Assembly: GCA_032718475.1 (NCBI GenBank)
Contig: JAUCBJ010002510.1
Coordinates: 1 to 64,000, forward strand
DNA: 64,000 nt
Direction of reading: 5' to 3'
From: Nemertoderma westbladi
Taxonomy: Eukaryota; Animalia; Xenacoelomorpha
Shown: one piece after another, positions 38,632 to 51,942 of the stretch
Layout of the letters: the number at the start of each line of letters is the position of its first letter
Position numbering within the stretch: position 1 is the first letter of the stretch
Translations under genes and position numbers: made by a program
Notes under the pieces: model-generated
Seen by the model: only the letters and a program-made list of their open reading frames with translations
What the model was told of the DNA's origin: nothing
Database searches by the model: none

Positions 38632-40292
38632 TTAGTACAGTCCAATACGGGGAACTAGAGTGTTAAGTGGGGGGCGATGCAAGTTAATTAGAACCGCTTC
38701 AGAATGAATCCTACGCTCGTGGTTAGGAAACCTTTTAGAACATGTAATATTGAGCGCACCGATCCCACAAATAGCAAAGTGCTGCAGTAGCAAGACTTCA
38801 GGACTCGATAGATCGACTCCTAGTCCCTTGCCAGCTGCGTCATTTATGGCACTACGGTGACCTCGGAGGCGCTCATGTAAACGCTGTTCTGTCTGGCCGA
38901 GATACCACAAGTGTGGATGCAGTTTACATTTGATAAAATAAATCACATTAAATGATTTGCAGTTAAATCTCCCATGGATGGGGTCACCCCATGGTGTCCG
39001 GCGCTGGTCTAGAACGGCCGAGCAGCATTTGCAACGAGGCCCATTGCAAGAGTGGTTACCAGAGGCAGAGTTGGCTCGGACTTGGTGATCAACAGTTTTC
39101 CTAACGTTGGGAGGTTACGCGGCACCGTTTGGACTCTAATACCTAGCGAACGCAAGTCAGCATTATATTTGCGGATAACGGGCGCTCGGACAGGCAGGAA
39201 CTGTGGAGTCGTAGGGAGATATATAGAGGTGTATTTTGGCCCATTCGATGTAGTCTTATTTAAATTTAGGGGTGCTGATGGACCCATCCCCCTCCGTTGG
39301 TAAAGACGGCTGCTGCGTGATCAGCACTGGACAAAGACATGTTGGGTTCTACGCATGGAGGGATAGGAGGAAATCCAGCGGATAGTCTCGGTTCTCACAC
39401 AACTTGTGGTACTGGTGTTTATAACATGTGAACAAATGGTTTGAGTCAGTTAAACGACGAATACGCAAAATTTCAGATTTCACCACTGCCCGTAACGTAG
39501 GTTTATGGTGGAAACTAGAGTACATAATAGGTAGTTTATTAGCCATTGGTTTTCTAAATAAACGAGTTCTAAGGGTGTAGGCATTAGCAGCAATCGTTAG
39601 ATCGAGGCAGTCGACACTAGCATGTGAGTACTCCATAGTAAATTGGATGGCATCACTATTATAAAGATTCCGACAAGCTGAGTTGAATGCGGTCTTCATT
39701 AACTCGAAATGCTCATCAGTTAGTCGCTCATCGTAAATGGCGAAACTATCCTATCAGCACCCCAAAATTTAAATAATTTCTACATCGAGTGGACCAAAAT
39801 ACACCTCTATATATCTCCCTACGACCCCACAGTTCCTGCCTGTCCTTACGCCCGTTATCCGCAAATATAATGCTGACTTGCGTTCGCTAGGTATTAGTGT
39901 CCAAACGGTCCCGCATAACCTCCCATCGTTAGGAAAACTGTTGATCACCAAGTCCGAGCCAACTCTGCCTCTTGGTAATCACTCTTGCAATGGGCCTCGT
40001 TGCAAATGCTGCTCGGCCGTTCTAGACCAGCGCCGGACACTATGGGGTTACCCCATCCATTGGAGATTTAACTGCAAATCATTTAATGTGATTTATTTTA
40101 TCAAATGTAAACTGCATCCACAGTTGTGGTATCTCGGCAAGACAGAACAGCGTTTACATGAGCGTCTCCGAGGTCACCGTAGTGCCATAAATGACGCAGC
40201 TGGCAAGGGACTAGGAGTCGATTTATCGAGTCCTGAAGTCTTGCTAGTGCAGCACTTTGCTATTTGTGGTATCGGTGCGCTCAATATTAAAT
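38632..40292 (-). mobile_element. 5'-truncated Penelope-like retroelement (RT C-terminus + GIY-YIG endonuclease) with an inverted partial copy
   Basis: RT thumb FTMEYSHASVDCLDLTI...LFRKP...SFHHKPTLRAVVKSEILRIRR; linker CNGPRCKCC; GIY-YIG NVIYFIKC...YLGQTEQRLHERLRGHR...EAVLI...PPLN. Arms about 38745-39281 (minus) and 39752-40292 (plus). Confidence 0.88.
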
Positions 40293-41975
40293 GTGGGGCG
40301 AGCGACGAAAGTAAGCGAGCTTAGCATACAGGTACCACTAACTCAATCGGTGTGTCTGTGTGTTCTGTTGATCTGTTGTGTCCAATTTTAAACGTTAATA
40401 ACTCAGCCAAATGTTAATGAAATTTAACCAAACTTGGTACACATATAGTCTGGCCAAAGTTTATAAATTTTCCAAGTTGAATTTCCGCGTGGCCTTCGAG
40501 AAGCTAAGATAATAGCAGTTAATTAGTTAATTAAGTTGATTAGGGTAAAAACAGCAATTTCAACCTGCCTCCTTAAAGGATATTAATTATTTTCTAGTAT
40601 AAGATTTAAATAATTATACTTAAAAGTTATACAGCTGTATTCCCCATACCCCATTCCATTATAGTTTTTAATTAGTTCAAGAGATTTGCTTTAAGAAATG
40701 TGTTTTTAATTGATCTAAACGTAATTAAGTTATCAAAATGCCACCGTATCTCTATACTTCGAGCTCCCTCATTCATATTGCCTAGCCTATCTGCTGGCGC
40801 TGCTGGGAACCATAGTCCAACCACCTCAGCACTACTTGGCAATGGGTAATTACATCAATAGGACATAGCCACTACACACGTTCGTGGGGCCATCGCGCAG
40901 GACGAGGCTCAGTTATTAGATACAGATTAAAATTGAGCAATTCTATCCCAAAATCGGTACTTAAGAAATTTAAATAAATAATTAAGAAAATTTAACCAAA
41001 ACGCCATAAGAATAAATCAAAGAAGAGAGGAAAGTCCCCCCCCCCCCCCCCCCTTGCTTCAACCGCCCTCTTAATCTGCACCATCCCCAACCCAAAGGAG
41101 CACAGAGGATTAATGAAAGGCAGATAAAGACAAGCTGACTTTACACCTTACACTACTGTAGTGGCTATGTCCTATTGATGTAATTACCCGTTGCCAAGTA
41201 TTGCTGATTAGGTGGTTTGACTATGGTTCCCAGCAGCGCCAGCAGATAGGCTAGGCAATATGAATGAGGGAGCTCGAGAAGTATAGAGATACGGTGGCAT
41301 TTTGATAACTTAATTACGTTTAGATCAATTAAAAACACATTTCTTAAAGCAAATCTCTTGAACTAATTAAAAACTATAATGGAATGGGTGTATGGGGAAT
41401 ACAGTTATATAATTTTGAAGTATAATTATTTAAATCTTATACTAGAAAATAATTAATATCCTTTAAGAGGCAGGTTGAAATTGCTGATTTTACCCTAATC
41501 AACTTAATTAACTAATTAACTGCTATTATCTTAGCTTCTCGAAGGCCACACGGAAATTCAACTTGAAAATTTCTAAACTTTGGCCAGACTACATGTGTAC
41601 CAAGTTTGGTTAAATTTCATTAACATTTTGCTGAGTTATTAACCAACTTAATTAACTAATTAACTGCTATTATCTTAGCTTCTCGAAGGCCACGCGGAAA
41701 TTCAACTTGGAGAATTTCTAAACTTTTGCCAGACTACATGTGTACCAAGTTTGGTTAAATTTCATTAACATTTGGCTGAGTTATTAACCAACTTAATTAA
41801 GTAATTAACTGCTATTATCTTAGCTTCTCGAAGGCCACGCGGAAATTCAACATGGAAAATTTCTAAACTTTTGCCAGACTACATGTGTACCAAGTTTGGT
41901 TAAATTTCATTAAAATTTTGGCTGTGTTATTAACGTTTATAATTGGACACAACAGATCAACAGAACAACAGAGCA
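40291..41975. mobile_element. Two oppositely oriented copies of a HINE/Helentron-like repeat forming a large foldback
   Basis: 40361-40876 is the reverse complement of 41157-41967. The right arm has three tandem copies of an about 145-bp subunit. Confidence 0.7.
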
Positions 41976-42234
41976 ACACGTTCGTGGGGCCTTCGCGCAG
42001 CACGAGGCCCAGTTATGAGATACAAATTAAAATTGAGCGACTGTATCACAAAATCAGGTTTTGAGAAATTTACCCACACCACCAATCAATCAAAGAAAGG
42101 GGGACAGTACGTGTTCACCCCTTTTAATCCCCCCCCCCCCCCACCCTTCCCAACCACCAATACATAACCGCGACATCTACCACCCACGGAAGGGTAGCAC
42201 GAACTTATTTCCAATCGCACGTTCAATATGCAAA

Positions 42235-42530
42235 GCCAGGTGGTTTATAGGAATATAATAAACGCAGTACTCGTATTCATTATAAGCCTCGTTGCGTTCG
42301 TCCTGTTTTGTATTTAAATATATTTCTTAAACGCAGGCTAGGACGTTCTTTATAATAATAATAACTAGGGATGCGATCAATATGTGAAGCCAGGTGGTTT
42401 ATATAATAATTTAGTCAACGCAGTACTCGTCTTCATTATATGCCTCGTTGCGCTCGTCGCTTGTCCTGTTTTGTTATAAAATATTTTTCCTAAACGCAGA
42501 CTGACGATCTTTATACAGTTATAACTATGC
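42235..42530. repeat. Diverged tandem duplication (about 155 bp x 2)
   Basis: GCCAGGTGGTTTATA...AACGCAGTACTCGT...GCCTCGTTGCG occurs twice. Confidence 0.7.
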
Positions 42531-43669
42531 GAAGTTTCGAAACTGTGCGAGTAACTGTTGATACATCTATGTGGATATGTGTGATATGTGGAGATGTGTG
42601 ATACAACGCCAACGCATCTTATGCCGATGTAGTAATATGGGTATTGAAATAATATTAAATTAATGTACACTCTTAAAGCTGCAGCGAAAAAATGTAGCTA
42701 ATTTCCTAGGTTACATATAAAATAATAATATTATTTTTAAGAACATTAATTTTACTACTTTGCAAAAATTCAATTAAAAAATAACCAGACATATACATTG
42801 TGGAATAAACTATTTCAGAAGCCTACACAACAGCCATGCCATGGATAGTATTTATGTTATGATATCTCGATATCTGTCATTCACCTGAGATAGCAATACA
42901 ACATTTATAGTGAATTTAAAGAATGCTGTCTGGGCTGGAATAGCAATACTGGTTGCTATTACTATTCCTCTCTGGTTAGTCTTAGCAACAACTCCCAGCC
43001 AGCAGCAGAGACTTGACCAATAATCATTCCCAGCAACTGGGAATGACACACACATCCCATCTATGTACCAGCATGTTGGCCAATAAATGAGCAGTATTTA
43101 ATGAGAATAAATTTTTTTTGCCGTTTTAATTACTTTAGATCAATTAAAGACACAATTATTAAAGCAAATCACTTGAACTACCTTATTGACCTGAATATAC
43201 AACTTAAACAAAAAATTAGAGAACTGGGTGGGTCTATCCCAACATCTGCATTAGATATTGAGGAGATTATTAATAATGCTGTGGACAAAAAACAAGACCA
43301 TCTTGCAGTTTAACGATTAGAAATGCAAAAATCAATTTTAAAAACTTGAAGACCGATCGATCACCTGTTATTTCAATAACCTGGCATATCAATTGATGAC
43401 AAAACAAACTTAAAGTTACGCTATGGTGACCACCATGAAGGCCGTAATTATAACATAATATTTATTATTGTTTTATAGTAAATTTTACAGCAGTATTGTA
43501 AATAATTTATTTTACTTGCAAAATCATGAGACGAATTTAAACCTCTTATGTTTGTCAAAAGAGTACCAATCCAAAAGTTTTCCTGTTTACCAAAAACAAC
43601 CAAATCAGAACTGTCTGTTTTATCAATCAATGTGAAAGTTAAAGTAGAAATATCAGCCCATGGCCATGG

Positions 43670-43937
43670 TCATCACAATTATATATTGGTTAAATTTCTC
43701 AGCAAAAACAGTTTAGCAGTAGTATCAAGCAACTGGATCCAAGAAAATACTAATATAAATGCTTTGCAACTATGTGCCTGGCCTCCAAAGAAAAGCAATG
43801 AAAGTGAAAAACGTTTCCTACTAAGCCATTTGAGGCCCAGAACAAATTGGGAAATTTTTTCCATTGAAATTATGTACCTGCATGTGGAATATTCAAAAGT
43901 GCGGGGTGAGCTCAGTGAGGCGGAGGCTCCCTTATGA
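43670..43937 (+). pseudogene. Remnant of a transposon-associated ORF N-terminus (DUF4806-associated / CACTA accessory type)
   Basis: YILVKFLSKNSLAVVSSNWI...CAWPP...PRTNW motif. Confidence 0.55.
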
Positions 43938-43977
43938 GTATAAAGGTAACAGAGTATCAAAGCAAAAAAAATCATTA

Positions 43978-44705
43978 TCAATTAAATACATTTAGAGACT
44001 TGTCTGGGAAATAGTTCACTACTCCACGTCTGGCTTTCTTTATATTTTTATTGGTGTTGACACCTTTCCTCTTGCCTGAATTAACCGCAACCTCTGCAGA
44101 CCCATATTTAGCTAATTTGCGACGGAGGTTACTCATCTTACTTTGGAGATGGATAACCCATACTTCGATACCAGCTGTATCCAAAGGATCTTGAGATTTA
44201 AGTTGTGGGAATCGCGTTATCAATTCTTTGAGCTACAAGTCTGAAGTCCATAAGTGTAGGATATGCATTAATCTCATGCATTGGCTGGACAAGTGGGGTT
44301 AGAAGCAAACCCTTCGGTTTCTTCTGAGTGACTAGATTAGTGGGGGGATACAATGTATTTCATTCGTTGTTCTATATCAACGCCATATTGTGGCATAACG
44401 AAACTGTTAGCGAATGTTGTGGTGTTACAACGAAGAATAGGAGCTGCAGACATACTCGACCCAGGAATTGCTTGAATACCAGAAACAGTATCTTGTCCAT
44501 GAAACATACTAGAGATATCATTTTGAACCTTCTTTACAAGATTTACTTGCCCAATTTGAAATTTGAGGGAAGATAATTCCTCAAATGGTGTCAATTGAAG
44601 AGCAATGGTCGAATTAATTCCACCTTCTTTAAATTTTTGATTTGTTTCCTCTGTAAACGAGTACTTTGATAAAAAGGCAATCCATTCTGACTCTGCAGAT
44701 GTCAT
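43978..44705 (-). pseudogene. SAM-domain SAMD3-like ORF remnant of the type carried by animal EnSpm/CACTA elements
   Basis: SAM-like WIAFLSKYSF...KFKEGGIN...EELSSLKFQIGQ, then after a frameshift FPQLK...W...SKMSNLRRKL...EVAVNSGKR...IKKARRGVVNYFP. Confidence 0.65.
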
Positions 44706-45009
44706 CCTAGATCACAATCATATATAATATATATACAGATGTCGTTTTGTAGTATATAGACTAATAATAATAATATTTCAGTATTATCTGTATCTGTTAT
44801 ACTGTCTATGACTATCTGATATAGAAACTTTACATATTAATATATATATATCTAATATAAAATATACTGTGCTTCCAGTGAAATTATAGTTTAGAAATTC
44901 TCTAAATTGTTATTTAATTATATAGTTTTAATTTTATATTTTTTGCTCTAAGGTGTTCTGTTCATCAGTGGCACATATATTGAAAGTAGTGATGAAAGAA
45001 AACTGGTCT

Positions 45010-47580
45010 GTGCTTTAAAGGAACATAAACAAAACAACATTAGAATCAACGCCGCTAATATATGAAACCAAAGGCATTAAATAAAACTCTTCAGTAAATA
45101 ATCCAGATTCGCAAATACGAAATGTCTTATATTGGACAAAGTAAGTGATAACAGAAAGATGAAATCTAGACCTAATACCTGCCCGTTTTCTTAAGGATGG
45201 TGCTGAAGTACTTAAAGTTCCTATTTTTTTTATTATTCATTACTCTATCATAGATAATGTAGTACCAGACGAACTGAAATTAGCTAAGGTTGTTCCTCTG
45301 TATAAAAAGAATAGTAAAGTAGAACCCTGTAATTACAGACCTGTTAGTATCTTAAGTATATATTGTATCTAAAATTCTAGAACGTTGTGTTTTTCTACAG
45401 CTGGAGGCACTTCTTAGTAGGCTAAATCTGATCTATGAACTTCAGTCCTGTTTTCGTAAATCATATTCTACAGACACCTGCCTTATTAACTTAACTGATA
45501 CAATTCGATGTAATAACGCACAGGGTTTATATATACTGGTATGGTAATGTTGGACCTACAAAAGGCTTTCGATACTGTAGATCACGAAATTCTGCTTGGT
45601 AAATAAGTTAGGCCTGATGGGTGTAGGTTCTATAGACTGGTTCAAGTCCTACCTGTCAGACAGTGGTCAAACTGTAGTCATTAGCAAATCGCAGTCTACT
45701 GTACAAGAGATTACCTGTGGTGTACCGCAAGGTAGTATATAGGTCCTCTGCGTTTTGTATGCTATATAAATGATATGATAAGTAGTATAGATCCCGATTT
45801 TAAACTCATTTTATATGCCGACGACAGTGCTCTTATTTTCTCCCATAAAGATCCTATCCATATTTCCCAAATGTTAAGTGCAGTCCTGTAATCCTGTAAT
45901 AAGTGGTTGGTTGATAATAAGCTATCCATTCACTACGGTAAGACTGAAAGCATTTTGTTTGGTTTCAAAAGAAAGTTAAAGAAGGTAACTAAGTTTGAAG
46001 TCACTAGTAATGGACATACGATTGAAAATAAAAAGGAAGTTTAATATTTAGGCGCCACATTGGATAACTGCTTTATCAGGAAGACATCATCCACGCAACC
46101 CCCCCACTGCCTTCAACTCCACCACCACCGGCATCGTCGCCGACCTTAGCTCGCCGTTAAAAGGCACTGGAACCTAAAGGCAGCTCCTTTGAAAAGAAAA
46201 ATAAATAAAATATTGCATTGTATCACATTTAATCATTCTCAATCCTCATCCTATCCCATTTACCAACAATTACGTTATGTTTGAAGTCCATAATAATTAA
46301 TCTCACACCTCTTTACTAAAGCCTCTTCGGTTCACTCATAATCCTCGCTCTGCTTCCTCTGTCCTGTACCATTTACCTCCGGCCTGTTCGGATATTCGCC
46401 ATCTTTCATTATCTATGCAAGGGTCACTTTTGTGGAACTCATTATCACAACTTATTAGGGACAGTCGAAGCCTGGCGATATTTAATAAAAAATTAAAAAA
46501 CCACTTACTGCAGATATGATTAAACCATTTCAATTTTAATAGCGTACATATATTTTGTATTTTTTTTTCATATACATTCTCCCCAATTGGTTATCAACAA
46601 CTTGAGTTATATAAATATATTTTCCTTTACATATTTTGCGTCATATATATAGTTTCATACTTTTTTTCTTTACATATACAATCTCCCCTATTGGTTATCA
46701 TCAGTTTGATATGCAGTCTTGTATACCACAAATTTATTTTTTACATGCAGGAAAAAACAAATATTTATAAATTTCCAACAGCAGTCAACCACACCGCACG
46801 CACCTATCTGTATAATTAGATTTACATTTAAACATTATAGAAACTCTCCAGATGCAGGGGTGAGCTAAAAGTACAATAGCTATGCTATAGCGGAAGCTCA
46901 CACCAATCAACCCAGCAATCAATTTTGTAGGGTATTTATTGTGCATTATTTTTATTTTATATTTTGGAGGAAATAAATAAGAATACATCATAGATGATAA
47001 TGATGAAAGAATATAATGAAAGAATACATAAGAATAACTAAGATTGAAATTAAAAAGGAAGTTAAATATTTAGGCGCCACATTGGATAGCTGCTTATCCG
47101 GAGAAAGCACAGGTGAAAAATATTTTTTCGAAAGTTAACAGTAGGCTTAGGTTTCTATACAGAAATAAAAATAGTTTAAGTTACTTTGCTCTTCTTTAAT
47201 ACAGTGTCACATGGACTATGCCTGCTCTTCTTGGTATGAAGGCTTAACCAAACAGCTTAAATGTAAATTACAAGTACCTCAGAATAAAGTAGTACTATTT
47301 ATTAAAGACTACAAACCTAGGCACCACCTAACTCCAGATGACTTTTCTGAATCTGGACTACTTAACTTAGATAGTAGAGTTAAGCAGCTACGCCTTAACC
47401 ATGTGCGTAAAGTGTATAATGGTAAATGTCCCAATTACTTAAAACTAAAATTCAACAGAGTGCGCAATACACACACTCTTACAGTACCAGAGAAAGTGCT
47501 TCAAACTTTTACCTCCCTAATTGTAAATACTTCGAATCTGATACTTTCTTTTTTAATGGTAATAAAAATTGGAACGATAG
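45010..47580 (+). mobile_element. Degenerate CR1/L2-group non-LTR retrotransposon RT (45010-46081 and 47042-47580), interrupted
   Basis: KLAKVVPLYKK, NYRPVSILS, MLDLQKAFDTVDH, GVPQGS, ILYADDS, KYLGATLD, DYACSSW, with multiple stops and frameshifts. Confidence 0.9.
46210..46560 (+). mobile_element. 3' end fragment of a second CR1/L2-group LINE
   Basis: HNPRS...QGSLLWNSLSQLIRDSRSLAIFNKKLKNHLL* is the typical C-terminus. Confidence 0.65.
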
Positions 47581-49019
47581 AATTCAGATCCCCTTTGGGT
47601 CACACACTGCGCTGGTCTGTCTTTTATCTGATGTTCTCTCTTTGGTCTGGCTTAAGCACGTTTTCTGTGACACAATTAAATTAGCAGGTAAACCCCTTGG
47701 GGACCGCATCATACATGGTAAGTCATCACCAACTGTCCACTGTCCAGCATTATTCATGGTATGTCATTGACTTGCTTAAAGAGCTAAATGGTTTGGAAAT
47801 GTTCAGGACTGTAAATGCAGTGCTTCTTGTGGCTTCCGGACACTTCCTGATACAGTAGATGTAGGCCTATTACATTATCTGTCAGCAGGTCAGTAGTACT
47901 GTAGTAGCCTAGCTAGCTGTTAGGTGTACACAGTGTAGGTTTTACTAGGTTCACATGTTTCTTCAGCTGAACAGTAGGCAATAGATATTGTCTAAATCGA
48001 TGGTGGAGGATCATTAATATCCGAGGCGACAGCACAACAAGTTATGGTGGTATGGCTACGATGACAGAGGAAGTAGACGACTCGGATTCAGATGATATAT
48101 CTAATGATAGCGGTTCCACCGATGATGGTGACATCAGTGGTTCAGACTCAGGTGACGACTCTGATTGTCTTTATTCATTGCACAGTAAAGGCCATAATTG
48201 GGAGTTTGTAACTGGGGTGTCAGATGCTTGTGCGAATTAACTATTTACCAGTATGCCAGGTTGGCAAAATTTCAAAATCAGTTAGGAACACAACGCCCAA
48301 TTTTGTCCTTTTGAACGCCAAAATTTGGCATCGCCAAAATTTGGCATCGCCAAAATTTGGCATCGCCAGAATCAATCTAGCTGCATTTCCCCCATAGACT
48401 AACATAGGAATCTGAATGCTGAATGCTAAATGTAATCTGAATGCTAAGCGCGTTCAATACACAATTATCGCATTTCAAAATTTATACCACTGAATTCCTT
48501 GCAAAATATAGTGACATTTCACCTCATAAGAAAAAAAAATTGTTTACGGAATGAGAAGTTATCTAACTTTTAAAATATTATCAGAATTAGGCATAATGGA
48601 ATGCCAAATTATGTCCTTGGAGGGTTTATTAATTGACAAGTCAGACAGTAGGTATCCTGTGCTGAGCTGTAATAGGAGGTGCGAGACAGATCTAGGGTAA
48701 TTATAAAGGGAAGGCTGGTGCTGGGTTGACTATATGTGGCTGGCCACGAGAAAAGGGACCTTATGTCGCAAAACCTGATTCTGAGATAATCGCGTTTAAA
48801 GTTTCCCTCTAATTTTGAACAAATTTAATTGGATTATCAATTTAGAAATGTATAAAACGATGAGGGAAATTCAAATTGGTTCTGATATTCAATATACCTA
48901 GGAAATAACTAATTACAGGAAGCACATGTTGCAGTATTGTATATCCCACTGTTTTAGGTTTTTCATGTCTGAATTTAGGACTAATAAAATTGTACTAGGA
49001 GGTACTGTAGGCCTACAGT

Positions 49020-49375
49020 TATTTTTTAAATGCAATATGGCTGGCTGTCATTTTGTTAATATCTGTTCGTTAGTTCTGAAATTTTGTAAGCACCCACTGC
49101 GATATTAAGTGACACTGAAGAATCCCAGACTGTAATATTCAATAGTATACCGCTAGGGGGTGATAATGTTATAGAATGTAAATTGCTTGTCATTTTCTTA
49201 ATTCCTGTCTGTTAGTTTTGAAATTCGGTAGACACCTACAATATAAAATTATGCTGGAGAATGAATCCTAGACTGTAATATTCAAATGTCTGCCGCTAGG
49301 GGGCGATAATATTCTAGAATGTAAATTGCCTGTCATGTTGTTAATTCCTGTCCGTTTGTATTGAAATTTTCTAAA
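49020..49375. repeat. Diverged tandem repeat (about 140 bp x 2-3)
   Basis: GAATCC(C/T)AGACTGTAATATTCAA...CCGCTAGGGGG...TAGAATGTAAATTGC...TTAATTCCTGTC is repeated. Confidence 0.65.
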
Positions 49376-50041
49376 GACTTTCTACAATATGGGTGGGACA
49401 AGGTGGACAAACATCCACAACACTCCGAATAATGAATTCAATATAGGAATAATTTTAAATTTTGTAAAAAAAAAATTTTTTTGAAAAAAAAATTTATTTT
49501 TTTGGAAAAAAATTTAAATAAAAAAAAAACTTTTTGGTTACATGTTGTTTTTAAACATTTAAGGACACTGGCCTTGAAGATGCGGATGATCTAGCAAATG
49601 TCATGGGTGATAGGGAGTTGTGGCGGCGCAATTTTGTCGACAAGCCATCACAGCATTCTTAAAAATGCAGCTGCAATGCAGCATGCCGATCATAGTAGTA
49701 GTAGTAGTACTACTACAGTACTAATGTAGCAGTAGTACCTGTGTAATAAACTGCCAAATTTGTACTGTAATTTACACAAAGATAGTATTGGGTATCTGAA
49801 TGTTGATATCAATGGGATCGTGTACAGTGACGTCACGACCAATCACAGATCATTTTCAAATTTTGAATAATTTTTAAACTGAAAACACCAATATCTCGGC
49901 TATTTTAGCATCTTATTGAATTCTGTAAATCTACATAATAGTCGAATGTGCCTACCGGTACTTTTACTGCTTAATGATTTAGTACAGATGTTCTCGTAAT
50001 CAATATAATTGTAAATACTCCAGATTGTCAACGTCAAAGAT

Positions 50042-50885
50042 TTGATCTTAGCTTACGCCCAAGTCAATATGAAAAGAAGTGCATCAGCATCAGGATTGCC
50101 TAGATGCGAACAATCCACATCCAGGCAACGGGAGTCGAATGTGTTGTGCGTCTCGTCCTGTCCAGGAAAATATGGGCGGGACAACTTGAATTGTATGTGC
50201 GCCTCAATGAAAATACTCTTGAATAATTTCTTCGTAGTCGGATTGGAAGTGATCGATATATGGGACACGCAATCATATTTTATCGACCACAATGGCAAGC
50301 ACCACGGACATCTGAAATCCCAAGTCGGGAAGACCTTGAAACAATCTGTAGAATAAATATGTCTTTCGAAACGCAGACGTGACCACCAAAGCCCATAATA
50401 TCAGCAACTACAAGTTGAAGTACCGTTATAAATTCGCAGATGCAGCTTGTGTAACACCAACGAATTCAGACACCTTCATGGAGATCATCAAGCTGTGTTT
50501 TGCTCGAAATTTGAGCGCATCAATTTCTTTGGATTCGGAGCAGATCCCTGAGATCGTCAAGACTGTAATACAATGGGTCTTGCCAGGTGGAATTCCTGTC
50601 GAAGTGACATTTCCGATAATGCGGTACTACCACATGTGCCTTCCACTGGTACCCTTGGATCCGGAAGAGGAAATAAAAGTCATTGAATTGAGAGCAGAAC
50701 CCGGCATGAATTCTGAAACTGGCTTCAGAACAACAATTTCCACTGCAGCTGAAGTCTTGGAGCGAGAAAAAATTAATATGAAAATAAATAATTGTTATTT
50801 AATGGGACAGAACGAAAAAGGGATTGATGCACCAATGGCTCTATACAGATTTTCAAGGTGGGAAAAAACACAGGAAGACCCTTGA
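50042..50885 (+). pseudogene. Disrupted ORF of unrecognised family
   Basis: Two adjacent ORFs (104 and 168 aa) with coding-like composition in an AT-rich background; no motif recognised. Confidence 0.35.
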
Positions 50886-51301
50886 AGGACCCCTAAATTT
50901 TTATCTGGGATTCGTTTTGATACAAAATAATAATAATATAACATACAACAGCAGCAATGCTGATATTAAATTTATCAAAATTAGGGGAGATAATTATAGC
51001 CCCACTATGCAGGGCTAACCTACAATATTATGTTTTGGATAGTGAGCTATAGGACAGCTACAAGCCTATAAGTCAGATAGGCGTAGTAAAGGATATTAAA
51101 TAGTTTTTGATCTTTAATTTTAAAATAATCTTAAGAATAGATTCCATGACAGCAGGATCTAAAGCTGTGTAACAGCAATTATCTATGCAAAACTAAACAG
51201 AGGCTGACAGTTTGTTGGCTTGTTTAGGACCACGGCCAAAACATTGTAAACTGCAGAGCTATACAGTACTCTACCGGTACTGGTGTATGAAATTAAAAAT
51301 A

Positions 51302-51686
51302 CCCTTTCACGACATGAGGGACACTGGTGTCCCATGATCAAAAGATGAGAATAATTTTTGAAACATAGCAATAAAATGTAAAATAAATTTATTTGAAAAA
51401 TGTAATATAGTTACTGATTCAAATTAGAAGTGTAATTATGACCCATTTTATTTTTGGTTCAAATATTTAGATACAAAGTGCCACTTTTAAAAATCACAAA
51501 ATTACTTGATTTATACTCAAAAAAACGGTAACAAAAATAACCAAAAATATTACAAATGTGACAATTTCCGAAAATCTAACATCTCTTTTCCCAATAAACA
51601 GTAAAACCAACACCAGACAATAAAAATTGTAAAAGTTACAGTCGCTTTAAGTTATGGGACACTGGTGTCCCGCTGTCGTGAAAGGG
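51302..51686. mobile_element. piggyBac-type MITE
   Basis: TIR CCCTTTCACGACA / TGTCGTGAAAGGG followed by TTAA; subterminal GGGACACTGGTGTCCC palindromes at both ends; left TSD is mutated. Confidence 0.8.
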
Positions 51687-51690
51687 TTAA

Positions 51691-51942
51691 TGAAATGTAA
51701 TTTTCAAAAAACGTCTCAAAAAAAGTGCCAAAAGTAGGGTTAAAAAATGGTGCTATAACTCGAAAAGTACCCAATATTTTTGAAAACGGTTTTAACTACT
51801 AGGAAGACAATAGATTTTTAGGAAAAGTCATAAAATTTCAGATTCCCAACTGCGTTTGTTTCAGAATTATAATAAAAAACACCACGGGGGGGGGGGGGTC
51901 ATATTGACCCCCCCCCCCCCCCCCCCCCCGGGTTTAATAGGG
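51691..51942. mobile_element. Terminal fragment of another piggyBac-type MITE
   Basis: G-run GTCATATTGAC C-run palindrome, then ...AATAGGG followed by TTAA. Confidence 0.55.

Noticed and set aside
38550-39760. Hammerhead ribozyme expected in the Penelope-like element
   Set aside because: None was found. The only CTGATGA on the element strand (about 39713-39719) is within RT coding sequence and lacks the required stems.
47590-48240. Possible piggyBac-like fragments (acidic DSD-rich ORF at 48052; Cys remnants on the minus strand)
   Set aside because: Too degenerate to assign without a search.
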